64,000 nt of DNA from Alphaproteobacteria bacterium (GTDB lineage: Bacteria > Pseudomonadota > Alphaproteobacteria > UBA828). Both the position numbers and the translations under genes were made by a program. The notes under the pieces were generated by a model. It saw only the letters and a list, made by a program, of their open reading frames with translations, had not been told where the DNA came from and did no database searches. The stretch lies in contig CAXXMU010000002.1 in NCBI GenBank assembly GCA_963667785.2, positions 256,001-320,000 of the forward strand, written 5' to 3'. Of the stretch, positions 29,314 to 38,542 are shown one piece after another. The stretch's first letter is position 1. The number at the start of each line of letters is the position of its first letter.

Positions 29314-31374
29314 TCAGCCGCCGTCGCCGACGGAGACGTGGAAGTTGCCGTGCGCGTCCGCCTGCGCCCGCTGGCCCGCGAGCAACAGGATCGTCGTCGT
29401 GTCGCTGTCGATGAGCGCAGGGCCCGTCACCTCGGCGCCGGCCGGGGGCGCGTTGCCGTCGTGCACCGGGAGCGGCCGGAAGGCGCGTGCCTCGCCGAGC
29501 CAGACGCGGCGCGTGCCCCGCTCCGGCAGGCGCTCGCCCGCGGGCGTCGCGGCCAGTGCTGCGGTGCCGCCGCCGGCGCCGATGGCGCGGACGGTCCAGG
29601 TGGTGAACTCCACCTCGCCGTCGTCCTCCCGGATGGTGTGGATGCGCTCGTGCATGTCGTGAAAGGCGGCCGAGAGCAGGGGCACGTCGACCTCGCGCAA
29701 GGCGCCGACCGCCGGCTCGAAGGGCGCCTCAATCTCCCAGGACTGGTACTTGTAGCGGGCCTGGAAGGCGTATTCGTAGCGCCTCTCCGCCTCCGGCACG
29801 CCGGCACGCTCGAGGAAGTGCCGCGCCCGGCCATGCAGCGCCGCCAGCGTGCGGTTGACCGCGTCGAGTGCGAAGTGGCTGCTGCTGGTATGGAGCGTCG
29901 CGGTCTCCTCGCCGCGGATGTCGGTGACGAGGCCGCCGAAAGCGCTCAGGCCCGCGGCGACGCCCGGCACCATGAAGCGGCCGATGCCGAGCGCCCGGGC
30001 CATCTCGCCGATATGGCAGGCGGTGGCGCCCCCGCCCGCCACCAGGAAGCTCTCGCGCGGGTCGATGCCCTCGTTGACGGTGATGTCCTCGATGGCGGCG
30101 ATCATGTTCTCGTTGCCGGTGACGTGGATCGCATAGGCCGCCTCCGCCACCTCCAGATCGAGCGCGTCGGCCACCGTGGCGACGACCCGATGCGCGGCGT
30201 TGGCATCCAGCGGCAGGCGGCCGCCGAGGAAATAGGCGGGGTCGAGCAGGCCGAGCACCAGGTTGGCATCGGTGACGGTGGGCTGCGTGCCGCCGCGCCC
30301 GTAAGCCGCGGGGCCGGGATCGGCGCCGGCGCTCACCGGGCCGACCCGGAGCAACCCGCCCGAATCCACCCAGGCGATGCTGCCGCCACCGGCGCCCACC
30401 GAGCGCACGTCGATCTTCGGTAGGCCGAGCAGGTCGTTCCCGATCGGCGCCTCGGTAGTGCGGATCAGCGCGCGGGCGCGGATCGCGGAGACGTCGAAGG
30501 TGGTGCCGCCCATGTCGATGACGACGATGTCGGGCTCGTCCGAGAGGTCGAGCGCGGCGACGGGCGCGAGCGTCGGCCCGCTCATCACCGCGTGGATCGG
30601 GCGGGCGGCGATCTGGTCCACCGTCATCATCCCGCCCTGGCAGTTGGCGACGAGCAGGGTCCCGTCGAAGCCGGCCTCGCGCACCGCCCCTTCCAGCCGG
30701 CTCAGATAGGCGGGCACGATGCCGTGCAGCGAGGCGTCGATGGCGGTGGCGATGGTGCGGCGGTACTCGCGCGGGATCGGGTTGAGCGCATGGCTGAGGG
30801 TGACGGGCACCTCGGGCCAGAGCGCGTTCACGATCTCGCCGACGCGGCGCTCGTGCGCGGGCTCCACCACCGACCAGAGCAGGCTGACGGCGACGGCGTC
30901 CACCGGGCAGCGCCTGAAGTGATCGACCGCCGCGTGCACGTCGTCTTCGGCGAGAGGCGTGATCTCGTTGCCGCGCGCGTCGATCCGGCCGCGCACTTCG
31001 AAGGTGCGGTTGCGGGGAACGAAGGGCTTCGGATAGTCGAGCCGCCAGTCGAACGCGCGCTTGCGCGGCGCCTCCCGCAGGGTCAGCACATCCGGGTGGC
31101 CGGCTGTGCAGATCAGACCGACGGCGCCGGAGCGGCCCTCCACCAGCGCGTTCGTGGCGACGGTGGTGCCGTGCACGATGCGGCCGGTCGCGGCGAGGAA
31201 GACAGCGAGGTCGGCATCGAAGGCGCGGGCGGCGAGCGCCAGCGCGTCCATGAAGCCCCGCTCGAACGCGGGCGGCGTGGACGGCGCCTTGACCACCGCG
31301 AGCCTGGTCCCGTCCGAGACCACGCAGTCCGTGAAGGTCCCGCCGATGTCGATCGAGACCTGGTACCGGCTCAC
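29314..31374 (-). CDS. hydantoinase A / oxoprolinase family ATPase subunit (copy 2)
   Basis: SIDIGGTFTD, VHGTTVATNAL, IDMGGTTFDV, SVGAGGGSIA, SAGADPGPAAY. GTG start at 31374. Confidence 0.9.
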   Translation of the reverse strand: MSRYQVSIDIGGTFTDCVVSDGTRLAVVKAPSTPPAFERGFMDALALAARAFDADLAVFLAATGRIVHGTTVATNALVEGRSGAVGLICTAGHPDVLTLREAPRKRAFDWRLDYPKPFVPRNRTFEVRGRIDARGNEITPLAEDDVHAAVDHFRRCPVDAVAVSLLWSVVEPAHERRVGEIVNALWPEVPVTLSHALNPIPREYRRTIATAIDASLHGIVPAYLSRLEGAVREAGFDGTLLVANCQGGMMTVDQIAARPIHAVMSGPTLAPVAALDLSDEPDIVVIDMGGTTFDVSAIRARALIRTTEAPIGNDLLGLPKIDVRSVGAGGGSIAWVDSGGLLRVGPVSAGADPGPAAYGRGGTQPTVTDANLVLGLLDPAYFLGGRLPLDANAAHRVVATVADALDLEVAEAAYAIHVTGNENMIAAIEDITVNEGIDPRESFLVAGGGATACHIGEMARALGIGRFMVPGVAAGLSAFGGLVTDIRGEETATLHTSSSHFALDAVNRTLAALHGRARHFLERAGVPEAERRYEYAFQARYKYQSWEIEAPFEPAVGALREVDVPLLSAAFHDMHERIHTIREDDGEVEFTTWTVRAIGAGGGTAALAATPAGERLPERGTRRVWLGEARAFRPLPVHDGNAPPAGAEVTGPALIDSDTTTILLLAGQRAQADAHGNFHVSVGDGG

Positions 31375-31600
31375 CCGCCCCCCGACGCCCGTTCCCCGAA
31401 GGCGCGCATCCTCGCAACGGGCGCACCGGCGGCGCAAGGGCCGGGCACGCGCGCCCCGGCGCTGCGCGGCGCGTTTCGCTGCGGGCGTGCGGGCTGTACG
31501 CAATCTGTCATATGCTTGTGTCGGCACAGCGGCCCAGGGCGTCTGCACATCAAGGGTGAGACAAGCGCTGGATCAACAAGGCGCGTACGGGGAGAGACTC

Positions 31601-32377
31601 ATGAAGTTGTTGGCGATGTGGGCTGCGGCCCTCGTCGTGGCCATGCTCTGGATCGTGGACGAGGCCGCGGCGGACGCCTACACGATCGACCCCGTCGACC
31701 GGGTGATGAAGGTGGTCAAGGGGGCGAACGTGCGCACCGGCCCCGGCATGGACCATCCCGTGCGCGTTGCCCTGGGCGCCGGCACCCTCGTGCGCGTGAC
31801 CGGCGACGTCGTCGGACGCAACTGGTTGCAGGTCGATCTGCGCGGGGACGGCATCGCCTCCTTCATGCACCAGTCGCTGCTGGAGGCGATGTCGGCGGCG
31901 GACTCGTCCACGCACTCCGGTTCCGGCTGGTCCGTCACCCAGAACCAGCCGTGCCGGGTGTGGAACGGCGGCAAGGGCGACAAGCATGACGGGTACACCT
32001 GGTCGGGGGCGTGCGTGGACGGCAAGGCCTCGGGAGAGGGGCGGCTGGTCTGGCGCAGCCGCTACGGCCGGAACGTGTACGAAGGCGGCATGGAGGCCGG
32101 CAGGCGGCACGGCACGGGAACCCTGCGGCGGAGCGACGGCAGTCGCTACGTCGGCGAATGGAGCGCCGGAGAGCAGCACGGGCACGGCGTCTATACCTGG
32201 GCCATCGGCCACCGCTACGCGGGCGAGTGGCGCCGCAACAGGCCGCATGGACACGGCATCGCCACCTTCGCCGACGGTGACGTTCTCGAGGGCGAGTGGC
32301 GCGACGGGTGCTACGGCGAGCGAGGCGGCCTCTGGGCCGCCCTGATCGCCAGCGTCGAGGACTGCGGCTTCGAGTAG
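31601..32377 (+). CDS. secreted protein with a bacterial SH3-like domain and MORN repeats
   Basis: Signal peptide, ANVRTGPGMDH..NWLQV (SH3b-like), repeats YEGGMEAGRRHGTG / YVGEWSAGEQHGHG / YAGEWRRNRPHGHG. Confidence 0.82.
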   Translation: MKLLAMWAAALVVAMLWIVDEAAADAYTIDPVDRVMKVVKGANVRTGPGMDHPVRVALGAGTLVRVTGDVVGRNWLQVDLRGDGIASFMHQSLLEAMSAADSSTHSGSGWSVTQNQPCRVWNGGKGDKHDGYTWSGACVDGKASGEGRLVWRSRYGRNVYEGGMEAGRRHGTGTLRRSDGSRYVGEWSAGEQHGHGVYTWAIGHRYAGEWRRNRPHGHGIATFADGDVLEGEWRDGCYGERGGLWAALIASVEDCGFE

Positions 32378-32487
32378 CCGCCCGGCGTTTCCCGACACCG
32401 GGCCGGGAGGGGAGAGGCCGAACCGCTCACCCGCCCCGACGAAAGCTGCTATGAGTGGGCCTCGTCGGTACGCGTGCGGGCATCGGG

Positions 32488-33327
32488 ATGCCGAAGCGGT
32501 TGAGCGAGGCGGAGCGGCGGGACTTCCGCGAGCGGGGCTATTGCGGTCCCCTCGAGGCGCTCGGCGCGGGCGAGGCGGCGCGCTACCGGGCGGCGCTCGA
32601 GCGCTTCGAGAGGCGCTGGCCCGGCGATCTGCACACGCTCGACCAGGGCGCCTCGCTGCTGTGCCCCTGGATCGACGAGTTCATTCGCCACCCCGGTCTC
32701 CTCGATCCGATGGAAGACCTGCTCGGCCCCGACCTGCTGGTCTGGGGCGTCTCGCTCCGGCTCAAGGAACCGGACGGCAGGACCTTCGCCGGCTGGCATC
32801 AGGACACCGCCTACTGCGATATCAGGCCGATCGTGGTGATCGCCGCGCTCGCGCTCTCCGACTGCGGCGGCGACGCCGGCTGCCTGCGCGTGATCCCCGG
32901 CTCCCACCGAGGCGCGCTGCTGCCGCATCGCGAGCACTTCGGAACCGACAGCCTGCTGACGCGTGAGCAGCAGATCGACGCGCCCGTCGACGAGAGCGCG
33001 GCGGTCCCGTTGCCCATGGCGGCGGGCGAGGCGGTCTTCTTCAACAACGCGATCTGCCATTCGTCCGGCCCCAACAGGAGCCGCGACAGGCGCATCGTCT
33101 TCCTCATCGAGTACGTGCCGACGCACGCCTACCAGCACGAGCCACGCGAATCCGCGATGCTGGTGCGCGGCGTCGACCGGTTCCACAATTTCGACGCGGA
33201 CCCGCGCCCGGCCGCGGAAATGAGCGAGGCGGCGCGGGCGGCGTGGCGGCGCAAGGTCGAGGTGCAGGCGGAGGTGCTCTACCGCGGGGCAGCGCATCCG
33301 CGGCGCGCGCTCGTAACCGGAGGATAG
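32488..33327 (+). CDS. PhyH-family Fe(II)/2-oxoglutarate dioxygenase
   Basis: GWHQDTAY (HxD), GCLRVIPGSH, CHSSGPNRSRDRR. Confidence 0.87.
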   Translation: MPKRLSEAERRDFRERGYCGPLEALGAGEAARYRAALERFERRWPGDLHTLDQGASLLCPWIDEFIRHPGLLDPMEDLLGPDLLVWGVSLRLKEPDGRTFAGWHQDTAYCDIRPIVVIAALALSDCGGDAGCLRVIPGSHRGALLPHREHFGTDSLLTREQQIDAPVDESAAVPLPMAAGEAVFFNNAICHSSGPNRSRDRRIVFLIEYVPTHAYQHEPRESAMLVRGVDRFHNFDADPRPAAEMSEAARAAWRRKVEVQAEVLYRGAAHPRRALVTGG

Positions 33328-33333
33328 ACGGCG

Positions 33334-34947
33334 ATGGCCGAGGCGCGGCGCAAGTTCTGGGGCTGGGGCCTCGAATCGGAAACGCTCGACGAGGACGGCG
33401 CGGGGCGGATCGCCCGGCGCGTGACCTCTCTCACCGGGCTCGATTTCGGCCCCTACCGGGCGCCGCCCGCCATCGACGAGGTGAGCCTTCCGGCACCGCG
33501 GGTCTCGCCGCCGGCCTCGCTCGCTGCGCTCTGCCGCAGCGACGACTACAGCCGCGCGAGCCACACCTACGGCAAGTCCTACCCGGACTATGTCCGCGCC
33601 TGGGCGCGCGACTTCGCGGCGGCGCCCGACGTGGTGGCCTGGCCGGAGGACGAGGCGGACGTCGTCACGCTGCTGGACTGGGCGGGTGATGCGGGGCTTG
33701 CGGTCATTCCCTACGGCGCGGGCTCCACCGTGGTCGGCGGCGTCGAGGCCCAGGTGGGCACCGGCTACGCCGGCACGCTGACCATCGACCTCACACGGCT
33801 GGACAAGGTGCTGGAGATCGACCGGTCCTCCCGCGCCGCCCGCATCCAGGGCGGCGTGCTCGGGCCCGCGCTCGAGGCCCAGCTCAGGCCGGCGGGCCTC
33901 ACGCTCCGGCACTTCCCGCAGTCGTTCGCCTTCTCGACCCTCGGCGGCTGGATCGCCACCCGCTCCGGCGGTCACTACGCCACCCTCTACACCCACATCG
34001 ACGAGTTCGTGGAGAGCCTGCGCACGGTGACGCCGGCAGGCGTGCTGGAGAGCCGCCGCCTGCCGGGATCCGGCGCGGGCCCCAGCCCCGATCGCCTGAT
34101 GATCGGCTCGGAAGGCTCGCTCGGCATCATCACCGAGGCCTGGATGCGGCTGCAGGACCGCCCCACCCACCGCGCCTCGGCCGCGCTCCGCTTCGCCGAT
34201 TTCGGCGGGGCCGCGGCGGCGCTCCGCGCCGTGGGCCAGGCCGGCCTCTATCCCACCAACCTGCGCCTGGTCGATTCCGAAGAGGCCCGGCTCGCGGGCG
34301 CGGGCGACGGCAGCTTCCACCTCGCGGTGCTGGCTTTCGAGAGCGCGGACCATCCCGTCGATGCGTGGATGGCGCGTGCGCTGGAATGCATGGCCGATCA
34401 CGGTGCAGGCTTCGACAGCGACGCGGCGACCCGGGCCCGCGATCCGCTCGCCGATGCCTGGCGCGAGGCCTTCATCCGGGCGCCCTACGACCGCGAGGGG
34501 CTGATCGCTCACGGCCTGCTGCACGACACCTTCGAGACCGCGATCACCTGGGACCGCTTCGAGGAGTTCCACGCCGGCGTCAAGGCGGCGACGGAAGCGG
34601 CGATCGTTGAAGCGACCGGCAGACCGGGCCACGTCACCTGCCGCTTCACCCACGTCTATCCGGACGGGCCGGCGCCCTACTTCACCTATCACGCCAAGCC
34701 CGCGCCCGGTGCCGAGATCGAGCAGTGGCGGGCGATCAAGACCGCCGCCTCCGACGCGCTGATCCGGGCGGGCGGGACGATCACCCACCACCACGCCGTC
34801 GGCCGCGACCACATGCCCTGGTACGAGGCGCAGCGGCCCGCTCTCTTCGGCGAGGCGCTGGCGGCGGCCAAGCGCGCTCTCGACCCCGACGAGATCCTCA
34901 ATCCCGGCGTCCTCCTCCCGCCCCGGCGGGCGGCAGCAGCGGGCTAG
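33334..34947 (+). CDS. FAD-binding oxidoreductase, alkyl-dihydroxyacetonephosphate synthase-like (VAO/PCMH family)
   Basis: IPYGAGSTVVGG, LRHFPQSFAFSTLGGWIATRSGG, GSEGSLGIIT, ITHHHAVG, DPDEILNPG. Confidence 0.87.
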   Translation: MAEARRKFWGWGLESETLDEDGAGRIARRVTSLTGLDFGPYRAPPAIDEVSLPAPRVSPPASLAALCRSDDYSRASHTYGKSYPDYVRAWARDFAAAPDVVAWPEDEADVVTLLDWAGDAGLAVIPYGAGSTVVGGVEAQVGTGYAGTLTIDLTRLDKVLEIDRSSRAARIQGGVLGPALEAQLRPAGLTLRHFPQSFAFSTLGGWIATRSGGHYATLYTHIDEFVESLRTVTPAGVLESRRLPGSGAGPSPDRLMIGSEGSLGIITEAWMRLQDRPTHRASAALRFADFGGAAAALRAVGQAGLYPTNLRLVDSEEARLAGAGDGSFHLAVLAFESADHPVDAWMARALECMADHGAGFDSDAATRARDPLADAWREAFIRAPYDREGLIAHGLLHDTFETAITWDRFEEFHAGVKAATEAAIVEATGRPGHVTCRFTHVYPDGPAPYFTYHAKPAPGAEIEQWRAIKTAASDALIRAGGTITHHHAVGRDHMPWYEAQRPALFGEALAAAKRALDPDEILNPGVLLPPRRAAAAG

Positions 34948-36611
34948 CTCTCGCTCTGCGCCCCCGGCAGAGCCGAGTCGGGCAGGGCCTTGGTCTCGGG
35001 CTCGGCCGGCGGCGGCCGGCCGGCGATCACGGCTTCTGCGGCGATGGCGCGGGCGGCGGCGGGCACCGCCGTGCGCAGCGCCGTGCGGACCACCTTCGTC
35101 GGGTCGACGATGCCTGCCCGCGCGAGGTCGCGGAAGCGCCGCGTCGCCGCGTCGTAGCCCCAGCGCGGATTGTCCTGCGCCAGCACGCGCGCGATGGCGT
35201 AGGAGCCTTCGCCGCCGGCGTTCTCCGCGATCCGCCGCGCCGGCGCCTTCAGCGCGGCGCCGAGGGCCGCCATGCCCATCGCTTCGTCGGCACCGGCCGG
35301 GCTGAGTGCGCCGAGCGCGCGGGAGGCCTGCAACAGGGCGACGCCGCCGCCCGGCACCACGCCCTCGGCGGCGGCCGCGCGAGCCGCGTTCAGCGCGTCC
35401 GACGCGCGCTCCTTGCGGGCGCGGAGCTCCGCCTCGGTCGCGCCGCCGAGGCGGAGGTGGGCGATGCCCGCAGCGAGCCGGGCGAGGCGCTCCTGCAGCT
35501 TCTCGCGGTCGAAGCTGAGATATTTTTCCGCCTCGGCCTCGCGGCGGAGCATGGCGCAGCGCTGCTCGATCGCCGTCCTGTCACCGGCGCCTTCCACGAT
35601 GGTGGTGCGGTCGCGGGCGACGTGGACCCGCTTCGCCGCCCCCAGCATGTCAGGCTTCAGGTTCTCCAGCGCGTTGCCGAGCTCGTCGGTGACGATCTGG
35701 CCGCCGGTCGCGAGCGCGATGTCCTCCAGCATCGGCTTGCGCCACTGCCCAAAGCCCGGCGCCTTGACCGCGGCGACGCGGAGCCCGCCCTGCTGCTTGT
35801 TGACGATCAACGTCGCCAGTGCGTCGCCCACCACGTCCTCGGCAACGACGAGGAGCGAGTGCGACGATTTCGCGAAGGCGCGGAGCGCCGGCAGGATCGC
35901 GTCCATGCTGGAGATCGTCTTCTCGTGCATGAGCACGTAGGCGTCCTCGAGCGCGACCGTCATGTCGCGCTGATCGGTGACGAAGGCCGACGAGACGTAG
36001 CCCTTGTCGAAGCTCATGCCCTCGTGCACCGAGAGCTCGGTCTCCACGCCCTGCGCCTCCTCGACGGTGACGACGCCGTCGGGGCCGACCCGGCGGATGG
36101 CGTCTGCCAGGTGCCGCGCGATCTCCGCATCGCCGCCGGCGGCCAGCCCGGCCACGCGCTCGAGCCCGCCCTCTGCCGGCAGCGGGCGGGACTGCGCGTC
36201 GAGCGCCGCCGTGACCGCCGCCAGCCCGTGCTCGATGCCGCGCATCACGCTCATGGGATCGGCGCCCGCGGCAGTGGCACGGTGGCCCTCCGCCATGAGC
36301 GCCGCCGCCAGCACCATGGCGGTGGTGGAGCCGTCGCCCACCTCGTCGGTCACCTTGGAGCCCACGTGGCGGATCAGCCGGCCGCCCATGTCCTCGAAGC
36401 GGTCGGCGAGGTCGATGTGGCGGGCGATGGTGTAGCCGTCGGTGGAGACCCAGGGCTGGGCGTGGCGGCGCTCGATCAGCACCGCGCGCCCGCCAGGGCC
36501 GAGGGTGGCGCCGACGATATGGCCCACGGTGGTGGCGCCCTGCAGCAGCCCGTCCCTGGCCTCGGTTCCGATGCCGACGCGCTTCGGCCCCGGAATGCCG
36601 CCTATCATCAT
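34944..36611 (-). CDS. groEL: divergent Cpn60/GroEL paralogue with no adjacent groES
   Basis: TLGPGGR, VGDGSTTAMVLA, KAPGFGQWRK, DREKLQERLARLAAG, VVPGGGVALL, GIVDPTKVVRTAL. Lacks the GGM tail. Confidence 0.88.
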   Translation of the reverse strand: MMIGGIPGPKRVGIGTEARDGLLQGATTVGHIVGATLGPGGRAVLIERRHAQPWVSTDGYTIARHIDLADRFEDMGGRLIRHVGSKVTDEVGDGSTTAMVLAAALMAEGHRATAAGADPMSVMRGIEHGLAAVTAALDAQSRPLPAEGGLERVAGLAAGGDAEIARHLADAIRRVGPDGVVTVEEAQGVETELSVHEGMSFDKGYVSSAFVTDQRDMTVALEDAYVLMHEKTISSMDAILPALRAFAKSSHSLLVVAEDVVGDALATLIVNKQQGGLRVAAVKAPGFGQWRKPMLEDIALATGGQIVTDELGNALENLKPDMLGAAKRVHVARDRTTIVEGAGDRTAIEQRCAMLRREAEAEKYLSFDREKLQERLARLAAGIAHLRLGGATEAELRARKERASDALNAARAAAAEGVVPGGGVALLQASRALGALSPAGADEAMGMAALGAALKAPARRIAENAGGEGSYAIARVLAQDNPRWGYDAATRRFRDLARAGIVDPTKVVRTALRTAVPAAARAIAAEAVIAGRPPPAEPETKALPDSALPGAQSES

Positions 36612-36665
36612 GCCGCGCGCCGTGCCTGCCGGCTTGTGCCAATCGGGAGTCGTGTCGGCGGCGGC

Positions 36666-37610
36666 TCAGCCGTCGTAGTCGATCGGCGTCGCCTCGCGGT
36701 CGTCCTCGTGGCGCTGCCAGTAGAGGCCGCGCAGCCTCTCGGTCACCGGGCCGACCGTGCCGTCGGCCACGGGCTCGTGGTCGATCCTGGTGACCGGCAG
36801 GATGCCGCCCGCCGTGCTGGTGAGGAAGATCTCGTCGGCGCCGCGCAGATCGCCCGGCGAGACGGTGCCGACCTCGCCCGTGACGTTGAGCTCCGCCAGG
36901 AGGTCGAGGGCGGTGCGCCGGGTTATCCCTTCCAGGCAGGTGCCACCCGGAGTCGTCGCGATGCCGCCCTTCACGGCGAAGACGTTGAAGCCCGGCCCCT
37001 CGGCGATGTTGCCGTCGAGATCGACCACCACCGGCATGTCGCAGCCCGCCTCGTAGCTCTCGAACAGCGCGCGGATCATGTCGCCCCAGTGGAAGTTCTT
37101 GGCTGTGGGGTCGACCGAGGCCGGCGGAATGCGCACGTAGCCGCTCAGGTGCAGGTTGATGCCGCGGGCGCGCATCTCCTCGTCCGCGATCCAGACGAAG
37201 GGGATGGCGAAGGCGATGAAGCGGTTCTCGCAGGCGCGCGGATCGCGGGTCCCTTTCGGCGGCATGCCGCGGGTGCAGAGCACCTCGACGTAGGCGTCGC
37301 GCAGCCGGCTGAGGCGCATGAGCCGCATCAGGATGGCCACGACCTCCTCGCGCTCGTGGGGGATCGTCATGCGGACGCTGGCGAGGCTCTTCTCGAAGCG
37401 GTCGAGGTGGTGATCGAGGCGGAAGAACTTGCCGCCCCAGACGTGGACCACGTCGTAGGTGACGTCCGAGCGGGTGAAGCCCCAGTCCAGGATCGGAATC
37501 CGCGCCTCGGCGATCGGCACGTAGGCGCCGTCGATGAAGGCGGCGCCCTCTGCAAAGCGGTTCTCAAGCCTCACGACTCCGTCGGGCGTCGCTTCAGTGA
37601 CCCGTGCCAT
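36666..37610 (-). CDS. fold-type IV PLP aminotransferase, (R)-selective amine transaminase-like
   Basis: GFTRSDVTYDVVHVW, AYVEVLCTRG, DPTAKNFHWGD, EGPGFNVF, LEGITR, STAGG. Confidence 0.87.
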   Translation of the reverse strand: MARVTEATPDGVVRLENRFAEGAAFIDGAYVPIAEARIPILDWGFTRSDVTYDVVHVWGGKFFRLDHHLDRFEKSLASVRMTIPHEREEVVAILMRLMRLSRLRDAYVEVLCTRGMPPKGTRDPRACENRFIAFAIPFVWIADEEMRARGINLHLSGYVRIPPASVDPTAKNFHWGDMIRALFESYEAGCDMPVVVDLDGNIAEGPGFNVFAVKGGIATTPGGTCLEGITRRTALDLLAELNVTGEVGTVSPGDLRGADEIFLTSTAGGILPVTRIDHEPVADGTVGPVTERLRGLYWQRHEDDREATPIDYDG

Positions 37611-37702
37611 CGGCGGTCTCCCAAGTGTGCGGTGCAGGATGCTTCGAGGCCGACAGTGTGCCGCATCGCGCGCGCCGGCGCGACCCGTGCGCGGTTCCCG
37701 GC

Positions 37703-38542
37703 TCACACCGGCACGGTGCCCTCGATGAGGATGCGCAGCAGGCGGCGGGGGTGGTCGCCCTCGTGGGCAGACGCCCTGTGCATGGTGCAGCGGTTGTCCC
37801 AGATCACGATGTCGTCCGGCGCCCAGGCATGGACGTGGACGAAGGCCGGGCGGGTCGCGCGCTCGATCAGCTCGTCGAGCAGGGCGTCGCCTTCGTCGAG
37901 CGGCATGCCGCGGACATGGTCGATGCGGTTGGGGTTGAGATAGAGCGCCTTGCGGCCGGTCTCCGGGTGGGTGCGCACCAGCGGGTGGGTCACCGGCGGG
38001 GTGCGCGCCTTCTCCTCGGCGGAGCGCTCCGGCACCGGCGAGAGGTTGCGCCGCGACTGGTAGGTATGGATGGCGCCGAGCCCGGCGATGCGCGCCTTGA
38101 GCGCCGCAGGCAGCGCCTCGTAGGCGGCGTGCATGTTGGTGAACGAGGTATCGCCACCGCTCGGCGGCACCACCTCGCCGTAGAGCAGCGTCACCGCGCA
38201 CGGCATCGCCATGTAGGAATCGTCGGTGTGCCAGTGGCCGCCGAAGGTAGCCCGCTTGCCGGTGGCGGTGCTGATCCCCCGCTCGCGTTCCACCAGCGAG
38301 ATCTCGGGGAAGTCCGGATCGCGCAGGACGCCCATCAGTTCCCGCTGAGGTCTGCCGAAGACGCGGCCGAGGCGCAAGAAAGTCTCGGGCGTCGCGCGGC
38401 AACCGCGGATGCAGAGCATCGGGCTCGCCAGCAAGGCGCGGCGGAGCGCCTCTTCGTCCGCCGGCGACTGCGCCTCCAGGTCGAGCCCAGTCACCACCGC
38501 GCCGAGCCCGGTCGCGCCCGGATCCTTAATGCTGATGCTCAC
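37703..38542 (-). CDS. TauD/TfdA-family Fe(II)/2-oxoglutarate dioxygenase
   Basis: WHTDDSY, GGDTSF, HPLVRTHPETGRKALY, IWDNRCTMHRA. GTG start overlaps the dinG stop. Confidence 0.9.
   Translation of the reverse strand: MSISIKDPGATGLGAVVTGLDLEAQSPADEEALRRALLASPMLCIRGCRATPETFLRLGRVFGRPQRELMGVLRDPDFPEISLVERERGISTATGKRATFGGHWHTDDSYMAMPCAVTLLYGEVVPPSGGDTSFTNMHAAYEALPAALKARIAGLGAIHTYQSRRNLSPVPERSAEEKARTPPVTHPLVRTHPETGRKALYLNPNRIDHVRGMPLDEGDALLDELIERATRPAFVHVHAWAPDDIVIWDNRCTMHRASAHEGDHPRRLLRILIEGTVPV

Noticed and set aside
32488-33327. PhyH protein as a non-heme iron halogenase
   Set aside because: It keeps the HxD carboxylate (HQD). Halogenases have HxA or HxG.
36612-36665. TTGGCAC upstream of the groEL paralogue as a CIRCE half-site or sigma54 promoter
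   Set aside because: There is no second CIRCE arm. The GG-GC spacing is one base short for -24/-12 and TTGC is absent.
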